DNA of 32,000 nucleotides from Mycobacterium tuberculosis H37Rv. GTDB taxonomy: Bacteria; Actinomycetota; Actinomycetes; Mycobacteriales; Mycobacteriaceae. Location: NCBI RefSeq assembly GCF_000195955.2, contig NC_000962.3:4200001-4232000 (forward strand), given 5' to 3'. The notes under the pieces are model-generated. The model was not told where the DNA came from. It saw only the letters and a program-made list of their open reading frames with translations, and made no database searches. Below, piece by piece: positions 1 through 9,046 of the stretch (its first letter is position 1; each line of letters opens with the position of its first letter). A program made the position numbers and the translations under genes.

Positions 1-242
1 CGAGTTCCCGAGGGCGCCGGGCGCACAATGACGAAAAATTCGTCGTCGACGTCGAGTAGCCCGAAGACGGCTCCCGCGCTACGCAGCTCACGCAGTTCCG
101 TCTCGGCAGCCCGCAGACTGGTCAACGCTTTGGGGCCCATCGGAGAGCAGCGCCAGCGGCCCTCTTCACGCACAACCGCAACACCGAAACCGTCCGGTGT
201 GTCCGCGGCCGGTCTTTGCATGGAGGCCCGTTGTGCTCCCAT
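1..242 (-). CDS. Conserved actinobacterial hypothetical protein, N-terminal part only; the gene runs off the left edge (Rv3753c-like)
   Basis: Hand translation of the minus strand gives an open frame from ATG 242 to position 1 with no stop: MGAQRASMQRPAADTPDGFGVAVVREEGRWRCSPMGPKALTSLRAAETELRELRSAGAVFGLLDVDDEFFVIVRPAPSGT. There is an in-frame alternative ATG at 221 and an in-frame upstream TAG at 251-249. It is absent from the ORF track because no stop lies in the window. A TACCGT (TANNNT) hexamer sits 8 nt upstream of ATG 242. Confidence 0.6.
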   Translation of the reverse strand, partial: MGAQRASMQRPAADTPDGFGVAVVREEGRWRCSPMGPKALTSLRAAETELRELRSAGAVFGLLDVDDEFFVIVRPAPSGT

Positions 243-354
243 GGGCGCCTACGGTAGTCGCTGACCAGGCCTCCTGACCAGATGGTGCTCAGACAGCGGA
301 GATCTGGTCGCCCCTCAGGGCGCCGCCACGGGCTACCTATGCCAACCTTGGACT

Positions 355-1326
355 GTGACTCGGACTGTCGCGGCGCCACCGGTGTGCGTGCTTGGGCTGG
401 GACTCATCGGCGGTTCCATCATGCGGGCCGCCGCAGCGGCGGGCCGTGAAGTCTTTGGCTACAACCGGTCGGTGGAGGGTGCCCACGGCGCCCGCTCCGA
501 CGGGTTTGATGCCATAACCGATCTCAACCAAACGCTAACCCGGGCCGCCGCTACCGAGGCGTTGATCGTGCTGGCCGTTCCGATGCCGGCCTTGCCAGGC
601 ATGCTCGCCCATATTCGCAAATCGGCACCTGGCTGTCCGTTGACCGACGTCACCAGCGTCAAATGCGCGGTTCTCGACGAGGTCACGGCGGCTGGTCTGC
701 AGGCGCGCTACGTCGGCGGTCACCCGATGACGGGCACCGCGCACTCGGGTTGGACCGCCGGTCACGGCGGCTTGTTCAACAGAGCCCCCTGGGTGGTCAG
801 CGTCGATGACCATGTCGACCCCACGGTGTGGTCGATGGTGATGACGCTGGCGCTGGACTGCGGGGCGATGGTGGTGCCCGCCAAATCCGACGAGCACGAC
901 GCCGCCGCTGCTGCCGTCTCGCACCTGCCACACCTGCTCGCTGAGGCGCTCGCCGTCACTGCGGCCGAGGTACCACTTGCCTTCGCGTTGGCTGCAGGGT
1001 CTTTCCGCGATGCCACCCGGGTGGCAGCCACCGCTCCTGACCTAGTGCGGGCAATGTGTGAAGCTAACACCGGCCAACTGGCGCCGGCCGCGGACCGGAT
1101 CATCGACCTGCTGAGCCGTGCGCGTGATTCGCTGCAATCCCACGGTTCGATAGCCGACCTCGCCGACGCGGGCCACGCCGCACGCACACGCTATGACAGC
1201 TTCCCGCGCTCCGACATCGTCACCGTCGTTATTGGCGCGGACAAATGGCGCGAGCAACTGGCCGCCGCGGGGCGGGCGGGCGGGGTGATTACATCCGCTC
1301 TGCCAAGCCTGGATAGTCCACAATGA
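355..1326 (+). CDS. tyrA: Prephenate dehydrogenase (TyrA)
   Basis: 323-aa ORF. N-terminal Rossmann loop [10 protein letters not shown], then HPMTG and the PDH core. The start is ambiguous between GTG 355, GTG 382 and GTG 388. ATG 421 would remove the GxGxxG loop. Confidence 0.9.
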
Positions 1327-1888
1327 ACCCGTCGGAGTCGACGGTCACGGTGGTGTCAGCCACCGGTGAGCGCAGCTTGATCCCATCCAGACGTCCTTCG
1401 CTGGTATAGCTCACGGTGGCCGCATCGACGCTCATCTCGGGCACGTTTACATAGACCACCGGCAGCGCGATCGATTCCGCTCGTTCGTGCAGCCCAAGGC
1501 GACGAATCGGCAACGCATTGAAGAATGGACTGAACACCAAATCGATGTCCAATGCACCGTTGTATGCTGCGCGCCGTTCACCCTGGTGGTCAGTCACCAA
1601 CCACATGTTCTCCTCGTCGCGGGCGATGGCGAGCTGGCGTTCCCGCTCGGCTAGTGTGACCGTCAGCCCGAACCGTTTGGTGGCACCGGTTTCGTCGGTC
1701 TGCAGATCGTAGTGCGCGCCAAACGCCGGATTATTCGCGGTAGCCGCGGCCACAATGCGGCCGTTCGCCCTAATCCGCTTGCCGGACAACTGGACTCGTA
1801 CCGATTCCATGCGCGAGATGTCCTGCGCACGCCAGGTCAACATGGCCGGCCAGACGCGCGGAGTCAGATCAGAGGGGACTGCGTTCAC
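1289..1888 (-). CDS. Putative glycolipid-binding domain protein (DUF1089/PF06475-like), Rv3755c-like
   Basis: The ORF 1289..1984 is trimmed to GTG 1888, which lies 5 nt after the proZ stop. The hallmark motif [15 protein letters not shown] resembles the tPfTNtLPIRRL signature of that family, recalled from memory. Confidence 0.75.
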
Positions 1889-1893
1889 ACTGT

Positions 1894-2613
1894 CTACCGT
1901 AGGGCGTGTCCACCGCCTGCGGCAGGTTTGTCGACAACCGCGGCGAGCTTGCGCATCCTCCCGGTGCCCGGCACCGATACCCACCCCGCCAACGCCAGCA
2001 GTCCGTCGAGGGTCAACGCCAACGCGGCCACCATCATCGCACCGACCAGAGCGATGTGGAATCGACGCTCCTTGATCCCGTCGATCAAGTAGCCACCCAG
2101 CCCCCCGAGACTGGCGTAGGCGGCCACCGTCGCGGTGGCGACCACTTGCAGCGTCGCGCTGCGTAGTCCGCCGAGCATCAGCGGTAGTGCATTGGGTACC
2201 TCGACGCGCAGCAGCACCTGGGACTCGGTCATGCCCATCGCCCGGGCGGCATCGACCACCAGCGGATCAACACTGGCAATGCCGGCGTACGTGCTGGCCA
2301 GCAAAGACGGGATACCCAACAGCATCAGCGCCACCAGCGGCGGCCCCAATCCCAGCCCGAATAGCAGCACCCCTAGCAGCAGAACACCCAACGTGGGCAA
2401 AGCGCGCAAACCATTGACCGCACCCACCACCAGCAGCGTCCCGCGACCGGTGTGCCCGATAAGCAGCCCGACTGGCACGGCGATCAGTGCTGAAGCGGCC
2501 ACCGCCACCGCGGTGTATTCCAGGTGCTCACACGTGCGGACTGCCAAGCCGACTGGACCGGTCCAGTTACTGGCGGTTAGCAGGTAGGACAGCGCCTGCT
2601 GCAGGAAATTCAT
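1894..2613 (-). CDS. proZ: Glycine betaine/choline ABC transporter permease ProZ
   Basis: Polytopic BPD-type ABC permease. ATG 2613 overlaps the proW stop (ATGA). The 239-aa product begins MNFLQQALSYL. Confidence 0.9.
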   Translation of the reverse strand: MNFLQQALSYLLTASNWTGPVGLAVRTCEHLEYTAVAVAASALIAVPVGLLIGHTGRGTLLVVGAVNGLRALPTLGVLLLGVLLFGLGLGPPLVALMLLGIPSLLASTYAGIASVDPLVVDAARAMGMTESQVLLRVEVPNALPLMLGGLRSATLQVVATATVAAYASLGGLGGYLIDGIKERRFHIALVGAMMVAALALTLDGLLALAGWVSVPGTGRMRKLAAVVDKPAAGGGHALR

Positions 2614-3299
2614 CGCGCTCCGCCCGTGATCGGGGCCGCGACCTGGCGGCGCCGACGGGCTGCCCGCGGCGCCCGTTCCCATGGCGTGGCCAGCCGACCG
2701 GCGAGGTTGATCACCACGTCGACGACAATCGCCAGCAGGAACATCGCTACGACGCCGGCAACGATCTGGTCACTCTTGTTGGTCTGATACCCCGCGGTGA
2801 ACCAGGTTCCCAGGCCCCCGATTCCTATCACCGAACCCACGGACACCATCGCGATGTTGGTAACCGCGACCACCCGCAGCCCGGCTACCAGCACGGGGAT
2901 AGACAGCGGCAGTTCGACTTTCAACATCTGAGCGATCCGCGAATAGCCGATGGCGGTGGCCGCGTCATGCACCTGCGCCGGCACCGCGTCCAGCGCTTCG
3001 AGCACCGCCCGCACCAGCAGGGCCGTGGTGTAGGCCGCCAACGCCACAATGACATTGGCCTCGTCGAGGATCCGGGTTCCGATGATCAGCGGCAACACCA
3101 CGAATAGCGCTAGCGACGGGATGGTGAATATAACGCTGGCGGTCGCCGTCGTCAGCCGGCGAAGCAGCGGCGCGCGCTGCACCAGCAGGCCCAACGGCAC
3201 CGCGCTCATCAGCCCGATCAGCACCGGCAGCAACGAGAGGCGCAGATGGACGACGGTCAGCGCCCAGGCCGCTCCCGGGTGGGTCATCAGGTAGTGCAT
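2610..3299 (-). CDS. proW: Glycine betaine/choline ABC transporter permease ProW
   Basis: 229-aa polytopic ABC permease. Its start overlaps the proV 3' end by 13 nt. Confidence 0.9.
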   Translation of the reverse strand: MHYLMTHPGAAWALTVVHLRLSLLPVLIGLMSAVPLGLLVQRAPLLRRLTTATASVIFTIPSLALFVVLPLIIGTRILDEANVIVALAAYTTALLVRAVLEALDAVPAQVHDAATAIGYSRIAQMLKVELPLSIPVLVAGLRVVAVTNIAMVSVGSVIGIGGLGTWFTAGYQTNKSDQIVAGVVAMFLLAIVVDVVINLAGRLATPWERAPRAARRRRQVAAPITGGAR

Positions 3300-4417
3300 G
3301 GCTTAGCTCCGCCGCCGGCCTTCTTGCCTTTTTGGAACTCGGCCAGCACGTCGGCGGCCAGTATCCCGCCGATGACCTTGCCACCGCCGTCAACGGCGAC
3401 ACCGACCCCCGACGGCGAGGACAAGGCGGCGTCCAGCGCCTGGCTGAGGTTACCGTTCGGGCGGAACACCGAACCGCCGACGGTCATGGCATCCGACAAT
3501 GCCGCGCCGCCGCGGTGACGCCGCCGGCCATCGGCGTCGATCCAGCCCAACGGCGCACCCGCACCGTCGACCACCAGCACCCAGCCGTCACGAACTTGCC
3601 TGTCCCGGGCATCGGAAAGGCCGTTCACCGAGACTTGCTCGATGTCGCGCACAGGTAGTCCGGCCGCGTCGAACAGCTGCAGCCACCGATAGCCGCGACC
3701 GAGACCGATGAACTTCGACACGAAGTCATTCGCCGGACTGGATAACAGCCGGGCAGTTTCGTCGTACTGCGCAAGCGCGCCGCCCGGGGCGAACACCGCC
3801 ACCAGATCGGCGAGCTTCAACGCCTCGTCGATGTCGTGCGTCACGAAGACAATGGTCTTGTGCAACTCGGCTTGCAGACGAAGTATTTCGTTCTGTAGCT
3901 CGTGGCGAACCACCGGGTCGACGGCCGAGAACGGCTCGTCCATCAACAAGATCGGCGGATCGGCCGCGAGTGCCCGTGCCACGCCGACCCGTTGCTGTTC
4001 GCCGCCCGAGAGCTGGGCCGGGTAGCGGGTGGCGACCTTGGGGTCCAGCCCGACACGCTCAAGCACCTCATAACCGGCTTTGCGGGCTGCCCGGCGCGGC
4101 TGACCCTTCAGCACCGGCACCGTTGCGACGTTGTCGATGACCCGTTGATGAGGCATCAGCCCCGCGTTCTGGATGACATAGCCAATTCCCAGGCGCAGCT
4201 TCACCGCATTGACCGTCGACACGTCGGTACCGTCGACAGTGATGGTGCCCGAGGTCGGATCCACCATTCGGTTGATCATTCGCAGCGCCGTCGTCTTGCC
4301 GCAGCCGGAGGGGCCGACGAAGACGGTCAGCATGCCGTTAGGGACTTCCAGCGTCAGCCGGTCTACGGCGGTGGCACCGTGTGCGTACACCTTGCTGACA
4401 TCGTCAAAGCAGATCAA
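3287..4417 (-). CDS. proV: Glycine betaine/choline ABC transporter ATP-binding protein ProV with C-terminal tandem CBS domains
   Basis: Walker A GPSGCGKTT, signature LSGGEQQRV, Walker B ILLMDEPFS. The C-terminal ~120 aa look like a CBS pair. A TTG start at 4417 gives the typical N-terminus (M)ICFDDVSKVY. ATG 4468 would overlap proX by 43 nt. Confidence 0.9.
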   Translation of the reverse strand: MICFDDVSKVYAHGATAVDRLTLEVPNGMLTVFVGPSGCGKTTALRMINRMVDPTSGTITVDGTDVSTVNAVKLRLGIGYVIQNAGLMPHQRVIDNVATVPVLKGQPRRAARKAGYEVLERVGLDPKVATRYPAQLSGGEQQRVGVARALAADPPILLMDEPFSAVDPVVRHELQNEILRLQAELHKTIVFVTHDIDEALKLADLVAVFAPGGALAQYDETARLLSSPANDFVSKFIGLGRGYRWLQLFDAAGLPVRDIEQVSVNGLSDARDRQVRDGWVLVVDGAGAPLGWIDADGRRRHRGGAALSDAMTVGGSVFRPNGNLSQALDAALSSPSGVGVAVDGGGKVIGGILAADVLAEFQKGKKAGGGAKPCTT

Positions 4418-4425
4418 CGTGGTGC

Positions 4426-5373
4426 CTACTGCCGCACTGGATGATCGAAACCGTTGTCCCGCACCCATTTCCGCGCGGCCTGGTCGGGGTCCACCCCGGA
4501 GTTGCCGGACACCGCTGCATTGAGCTCGGCCAGGCCGGCAGTGGTCAGCTTTGCCGACACCGCGTCCAGCACATCTTTGAGGTGATCCGACTTCTTTCGC
4601 GAATTCACAAGCGGCACAATGTTTCCGGCTAGGAAGTTATGTTCGGGATCTTCCAGCACCACCAGGTGGTTTTGCGGGATAGCCGCAGAGGTGCTGAAGA
4701 GGTTGGCGGCTGTGGCCGTTCCCTCCACCAGTGCTCGCACGGTCACCGCACCGCCGCCGTCGTTGATGGTCACGAAGTTGCCCGGCGCGATGTCGAGTGA
4801 GTATTTGTGCCGCAGCCCGGGCAACCCGGACGGCCGGGTCTGAAAGGCCGACGGCGCCGCGAACTTCACATCCGCGGAATGCGGGGCCAGGTCGGCGATC
4901 GTTTTCAGGTTCCACCGGGCGGCGGTAGCGGCGGTGACGGTGACGGTGTCAGTGTCAGAGGCCGGCGACGGCGTCAGGATCGACAGATCGCCGGGAAGTC
5001 GCTTGTAGAGCTCCAACTCAACGGCATCGAGCATGGTCACCGTGGCGTCGGGTTGAAAGTACAGCAGCAAGTTGCCGATATACTCCGGCACCAGGTCGAT
5101 GGAATGATCTTTGAGCGCCAGGATATACGTCTCTCGACTGCCAATTCCCAACCGCCGCCCCACGTCGAAACCGTTGGCCTGCAACACTTGTGCGTAGATT
5201 TCGGCGATCACCTGCGATTCCGGAAAATCACCGGACCCGACGACGATGGACTTCACACTGCCGGTCGCTGACCCGAGCGGATCAGCATTGGCGCAGGACG
5301 CAACCAGGCACACCGTCGCGAGCCACACAGCCGCAGCGACAGTTGCGCGACGTAGGCGTCGCAGCATCCTCAT
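4426..5373 (-). CDS. proX: Glycine betaine/choline-binding lipoprotein ProX
   Basis: OpuAC-type substrate-binding protein. Starting from ATG 5373, the signal peptide MRMLRRLRRATVAAAVWLATVCLVASC ends in a lipobox (VASC). Confidence 0.9.
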   Translation of the reverse strand: MRMLRRLRRATVAAAVWLATVCLVASCANADPLGSATGSVKSIVVGSGDFPESQVIAEIYAQVLQANGFDVGRRLGIGSRETYILALKDHSIDLVPEYIGNLLLYFQPDATVTMLDAVELELYKRLPGDLSILTPSPASDTDTVTVTAATAARWNLKTIADLAPHSADVKFAAPSAFQTRPSGLPGLRHKYSLDIAPGNFVTINDGGGAVTVRALVEGTATAANLFSTSAAIPQNHLVVLEDPEHNFLAGNIVPLVNSRKKSDHLKDVLDAVSAKLTTAGLAELNAAVSGNSGVDPDQAARKWVRDNGFDHPVRQ

Positions 5374-5486
5374 GCAGTTGACACTATCGTCAGCGGCGGC
5401 GCCGTGCTTCCACAACTCGGCATGTACTGGGATTTTTCCGGCGTGGTTTGGTTTCATTCTGTGTGGGATAGGACAAAAATGGTGTC

Positions 5487-5840
5487 ATGACCAGCAATCC
5501 CTCTTCCTCGGCTGATCAACCACTCAGCGGTACAACGGTGCCTGGCTCGGTGCCCGGTAAGGCACCGGAAGAGCCACCCGTCAAGTTCACCCGCGCCGCC
5601 GCCGTATGGTCGGCGCTGATCGTCGGCTTTCTGATCCTCATCCTGTTGCTGATATTCATCGCCCAGAACACCGCCTCGGCCCAATTTGCGTTCTTCGGCT
5701 GGCGCTGGAGCCTGCCACTAGGGGTGGCTATCTTGCTGGCGGCCGTGGGCGGCGGGCTGATCACCGTCTTCGCCGGCACCGCGCGGATCCTTCAGTTGCG
5801 ACGTGCGGCCAAAAAGACCCACGCGGCCGCCCTTCGCTAA
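5487..5840 (+). CDS. Small membrane protein, LapA-domain/DUF1049-like (Rv3760-like)
   Basis: 117-aa ORF with a Pro/Ser-rich N-terminus, two hydrophobic helices (AAVWSALIVGFLILILLLIFIA and LPLGVAILLAAVGGGLITVFAG) and a basic tail. Confidence 0.75.
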   Translation: MTSNPSSSADQPLSGTTVPGSVPGKAPEEPPVKFTRAAAVWSALIVGFLILILLLIFIAQNTASAQFAFFGWRWSLPLGVAILLAAVGGGLITVFAGTARILQLRRAAKKTHAAALR

Positions 5841-5861
5841 CTGGGCATCCCCGACGCGGGA

Positions 5862-6917
5862 TTACCCGCTCTTCTTGGCAATCTCTGCCAGACCGCGAGC
5901 GATCAGCGGCGCAACAACGTCAGGCACCGACTCAGCCGCGGTGTCCTTCCCCTCGGCCTGCTCGGACATGCGTCGGCGGTAGTCGATGCCGGCGGCGATG
6001 ATGGCGAGCTTGAAATAGGCCAAGGCCATGTAGAACTCCCAGTGGCCTAGCGGCTGCCCGGAGACGAGTGAATACCGATCGGCCAGCTCGTCGGCTGCTG
6101 GCAGCAGCGGCGAAGTCCACGCTGCCTGCGCATGCACAATTAAGTCCAGCGCGGGGTCGCGGTATACGCACATCAGGGCCGCGTCGGACAGCGGATCCCC
6201 CAGGGTGGAGAGCTCCCAGTCCACCACCGCGCGAACATGGCATGGGTCATCGGTGTCCAAGATCGTGTTGTCGATCCGGTAGTCGCCGTGCACGATCGAT
6301 GTGCGGCTCTGTTGTGGAATGGCTTGCTGCAGGGCTAAATGCAGTCGCGAAATGTCGGCGTCGCGGTGGTCGTCGGGCAGCCGCACCAGCTCCCATTGTG
6401 ACCCCCACCGGCGCACCTGCCGTTCCAGATAGCCGTCGGGTTTGCCGAAATCGCTCAGTCCGACGGCCTTCGGGTCGATGCTATGCAAGTCGACGAGTAC
6501 CCGGATCAAGGCGTCGACACAGCCCTCGATGACCGAACGGCTGCCGAGCGCTTCGAGTTCGGCGCGCCGGCGCACCACTTGCCCGGCAACGAATTCGACA
6601 ACCTGGAACGGCGCGCCCAGCACCGAGTCGTCCTGGCACAGCGAGATCGTGCGCGCCACCGGAACCGGTGTGTCTCCCAGCGCGGCGACCACCCTGTACT
6701 CGCGGGCCATGTCGTGCGCCGACGGTGTCAGCCCGTGCAGGGGCGGACGGCGCACCAACCAGCTCGACGCGTCATCATAGACCCGGAAGGTCAGATTGGA
6801 GCGTCCACCGGAGATCAGCTCGCCACGCAACTCGCCGTCGCGCCCGATCCCCAGCGAACGCAGATACCGGTCCAGCGCGCCCAGATCGAGCCCGTCGAGT
6901 CGGTCAACCGAAGTCAC
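5862..6917 (-). CDS. fadE36: APH-type phosphotransferase (kinase) family protein, historically named acyl-CoA dehydrogenase FadE36
   Basis: 351 aa. The catalytic loop IVHGDYRIDN (nt 6267-6290) and the downstream VVDWE metal-binding Asp are the HGDxxxxN...D signature of aminoglycoside/choline kinase-like folds. I could not see an ACAD fold. Confidence 0.85.
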   Translation of the reverse strand: MTSVDRLDGLDLGALDRYLRSLGIGRDGELRGELISGGRSNLTFRVYDDASSWLVRRPPLHGLTPSAHDMAREYRVVAALGDTPVPVARTISLCQDDSVLGAPFQVVEFVAGQVVRRRAELEALGSRSVIEGCVDALIRVLVDLHSIDPKAVGLSDFGKPDGYLERQVRRWGSQWELVRLPDDHRDADISRLHLALQQAIPQQSRTSIVHGDYRIDNTILDTDDPCHVRAVVDWELSTLGDPLSDAALMCVYRDPALDLIVHAQAAWTSPLLPAADELADRYSLVSGQPLGHWEFYMALAYFKLAIIAAGIDYRRRMSEQAEGKDTAAESVPDVVAPLIARGLAEIAKKSG

Positions 6918-6995
6918 CGAACTTGTTTACCACTCGCGCAATGCCCGGCTTTAGCTCAGGCCGCCTTCGACTCGGCGCCGAGCGGTACCGCCGAA

Positions 6996-8876
6996 CTACG
7001 GCGTCACGATGTTGAAGGCCGAATCGGGCCGGTCGAGGACGCTCAAGAATGTCTGCAGCACCGTCCGGTCGCCGAACACCTCGAAACCGGGTGAGCTGAT
7101 ATCGCCCAGCGCCGCGGCGACCAACCGAACCTTGTCGCCCACCGTCACCGTCGCGTTCGCCGTCGCCGGATCGGCGGGAAGCTTGCGATGTATCAACACG
7201 CCGTTGCGCAGCGTGAGCCGATAGTTGACATCCGGCTCGGTGAAGGTGAAATCGATGGCCAGGTCGAGGTCCCATGCGCGTGGGCCATTGATGCTGATCG
7301 CCAGGACGTCAAAGATTTGGTCCGGCGTCAGCTGGGCGAAAAACGTGGGCGCCGGGACTTGCCCGGAGCTGCCCGGGTTCCCGTCGCGCAGCTCGGCGGC
7401 CCCGGTCAGAAAGAAATTGCGCCAGGTCGCACACTCCGCGCCGTAGGCCAGCTGCTCCAGGGTGTCGGCATAGAGCCCGCGGGCCGCAGCGTGCTCGCTG
7501 TCGGCGAACACCGCATGGTCGAGAAGCGTTGCCGCCCAACGGAAATCACCTGCGTCGAAGGCTTCGCGGGCCAGCTCCAGCACTCGGTCGATGCCACCCA
7601 ACGCGTCGACATAACGCGGCGCCAGCGCCTCGGGCGGATGCGGCCACAACCAGCCCGGGTTACCGTCAAACCAGCCCATGTAACGCTGATAGATCGCCTT
7701 CACGTTATGGCTGACCGACCCGTAGTAGCCGTGGGTGTGCCATGCCCGCTGCAGCGCCGGTGGCAGCTGGAACATCTCGGCGATCTCCACACCGGTGTAG
7801 CCCTGGTTCAGCAGCCGCAGCGTCTGATCGTGCAGATATGAATACATGTCGCGCTGTTGCGACAAGAACTCGACGATCTTCTCGCGTCCCCACGTCGGCC
7901 AGTGGTGCGAGGCGAACACCACGTCGGTTCGGTCGGCAAAGGTGTCAATCGCCTCGGTGAGATAGCCCGACCAGGCGCGCGGATCGCGCACCAAGGCGCC
8001 GCGCAGGGTCAGCAGGTTGTGCAGGTTATGCGTGGCGTTTTCGGCCATGCACAACGCGCGGAAGCGCGGGAAATAGAAGTGCATCTCCGCAGGGGCCTCG
8101 GTGCCCGGGGCCATCTGGAACTCGATCTCCACCCCGTCGATGGTGTGGGTCTCCCCGGTCTCGGTGATGTCGACCGTCGGCACGACGAGCGAAACCTCAC
8201 CGGTCGACAGTGTCTGCCCGAGGCCGCAGCCGACGTGCCCCCGGAGACCGCGCGCCAACACGGTGCCGTACATGTAGCCCGCACGGCGCATCATCGCCGA
8301 GCCGGCGTAGATGTTTTCCTGCACGGCGTGCGCGGTGAACCCCTCCGGCGCCAGCACCGCCACCTTTCCCGCGTCCACGTCGGCCTGGGTGGTGACGCCG
8401 AGCACCCCACCGAAATGATCGACATGGCTGTGGGTGTAGATGACCGCGACCACGGGGCGGTCGGCTCCGCGGTGGGCGCGATACAAGTCCAGCGCGGCGG
8501 CGGCCACCTCGGTGGACACCAACGGGTCGATGACGATCAGCCCAGTGTCACCCTCAACGAAGCTGATATTGGAGATATCGAATCCGCGGACCTGATAGAT
8601 GCCCGGCACCACCTGGTAGAGGCCCTGTTTCGCGGTCAGCTGGGATTGCCGCCACAGGCTGGGATGCACCGATGTCGGCGCGGCACCGTCGAGAAACGAG
8701 TACGCGTCGTTGTCCCACACCACGCGACCATCGGCAGCCTTGATCACACACGGGGACAGCGCGGCAATGAATCCGCGATCGGCGTCGTCGAAATCCGTTG
8801 TGTCATGCAACGGTAACGAGTGTTCACCGTGTGCCGCCTGGATGACGGCAGTGGGAGGTTTGTGTTCCATCGGCAC
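6996..8876 (-). CDS. Metallo-beta-lactamase-fold alkyl/aryl-sulfatase (SdsA1-like) with an SCP2-like C-terminus, Rv3762c-like
   Basis: HxHxDH motif YTHSHVDHFGG. Long dimerisation region and C-terminal sterol-carrier-like domain. Start candidates are GTG 8900, GTG 8876 and ATG 8870. Confidence 0.85.
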   Translation of the reverse strand: MPMEHKPPTAVIQAAHGEHSLPLHDTTDFDDADRGFIAALSPCVIKAADGRVVWDNDAYSFLDGAAPTSVHPSLWRQSQLTAKQGLYQVVPGIYQVRGFDISNISFVEGDTGLIVIDPLVSTEVAAAALDLYRAHRGADRPVVAVIYTHSHVDHFGGVLGVTTQADVDAGKVAVLAPEGFTAHAVQENIYAGSAMMRRAGYMYGTVLARGLRGHVGCGLGQTLSTGEVSLVVPTVDITETGETHTIDGVEIEFQMAPGTEAPAEMHFYFPRFRALCMAENATHNLHNLLTLRGALVRDPRAWSGYLTEAIDTFADRTDVVFASHHWPTWGREKIVEFLSQQRDMYSYLHDQTLRLLNQGYTGVEIAEMFQLPPALQRAWHTHGYYGSVSHNVKAIYQRYMGWFDGNPGWLWPHPPEALAPRYVDALGGIDRVLELAREAFDAGDFRWAATLLDHAVFADSEHAAARGLYADTLEQLAYGAECATWRNFFLTGAAELRDGNPGSSGQVPAPTFFAQLTPDQIFDVLAISINGPRAWDLDLAIDFTFTEPDVNYRLTLRNGVLIHRKLPADPATANATVTVGDKVRLVAAALGDISSPGFEVFGDRTVLQTFLSVLDRPDSAFNIVTP

Positions 8877-9046
8877 TACATTGCCACTACTACGGTGCAC
8901 GCCGGTAGATGCCGTTGGCGAACCACGCTACCGACCAGAAAGAGAGAATTTTCCGCCGCACCTAGACCTCGGGCCCTGCTAACGCGCATACTGCCGAAGC
9001 GGTCCTCAATGCCGATGGACCGCTACGACAGGCAAAGGAGCACAGG

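Noticed and set aside
261-309. CTGACCAG direct repeat (261-268 and 274-281) plus an inverted CTGGTC (304-309) in the Rv3753c-like/tyrA divergent spacer, considered as an operator
   Set aside because: These are short 6-8-mers in GC-rich DNA with no known regulator motif that I can name. The evidence is too weak to call a site.
28-379. ORFs 28..264 (+) and 122..379 (-) at the left edge
   Set aside because: Both overlap the hand-translated minus-strand frame 242..1, which reads as a real conserved protein. Their own translations are Ser/Arg/Pro-rich noise.
6971-6982. A perfect 12-bp palindrome, CTCGGCGCCGAG, between the sulfatase stop and the fadE36 start, considered as a terminator
   Set aside because: With no loop nucleotides it can form at most a 4-5 bp hairpin. 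It may be a protein-binding site, but nothing else supports this, and GC-rich palindromes of this size are common here.
7857-8816. A 319-aa plus-strand ORF antisense to the alkylsulfatase gene, plus several smaller ORFs between 7009 and 8982
   Set aside because: The composition is Arg/His/Gly-rich with no recognisable motifs. It lies entirely inside a gene carrying clear MBL motifs on the other strand.
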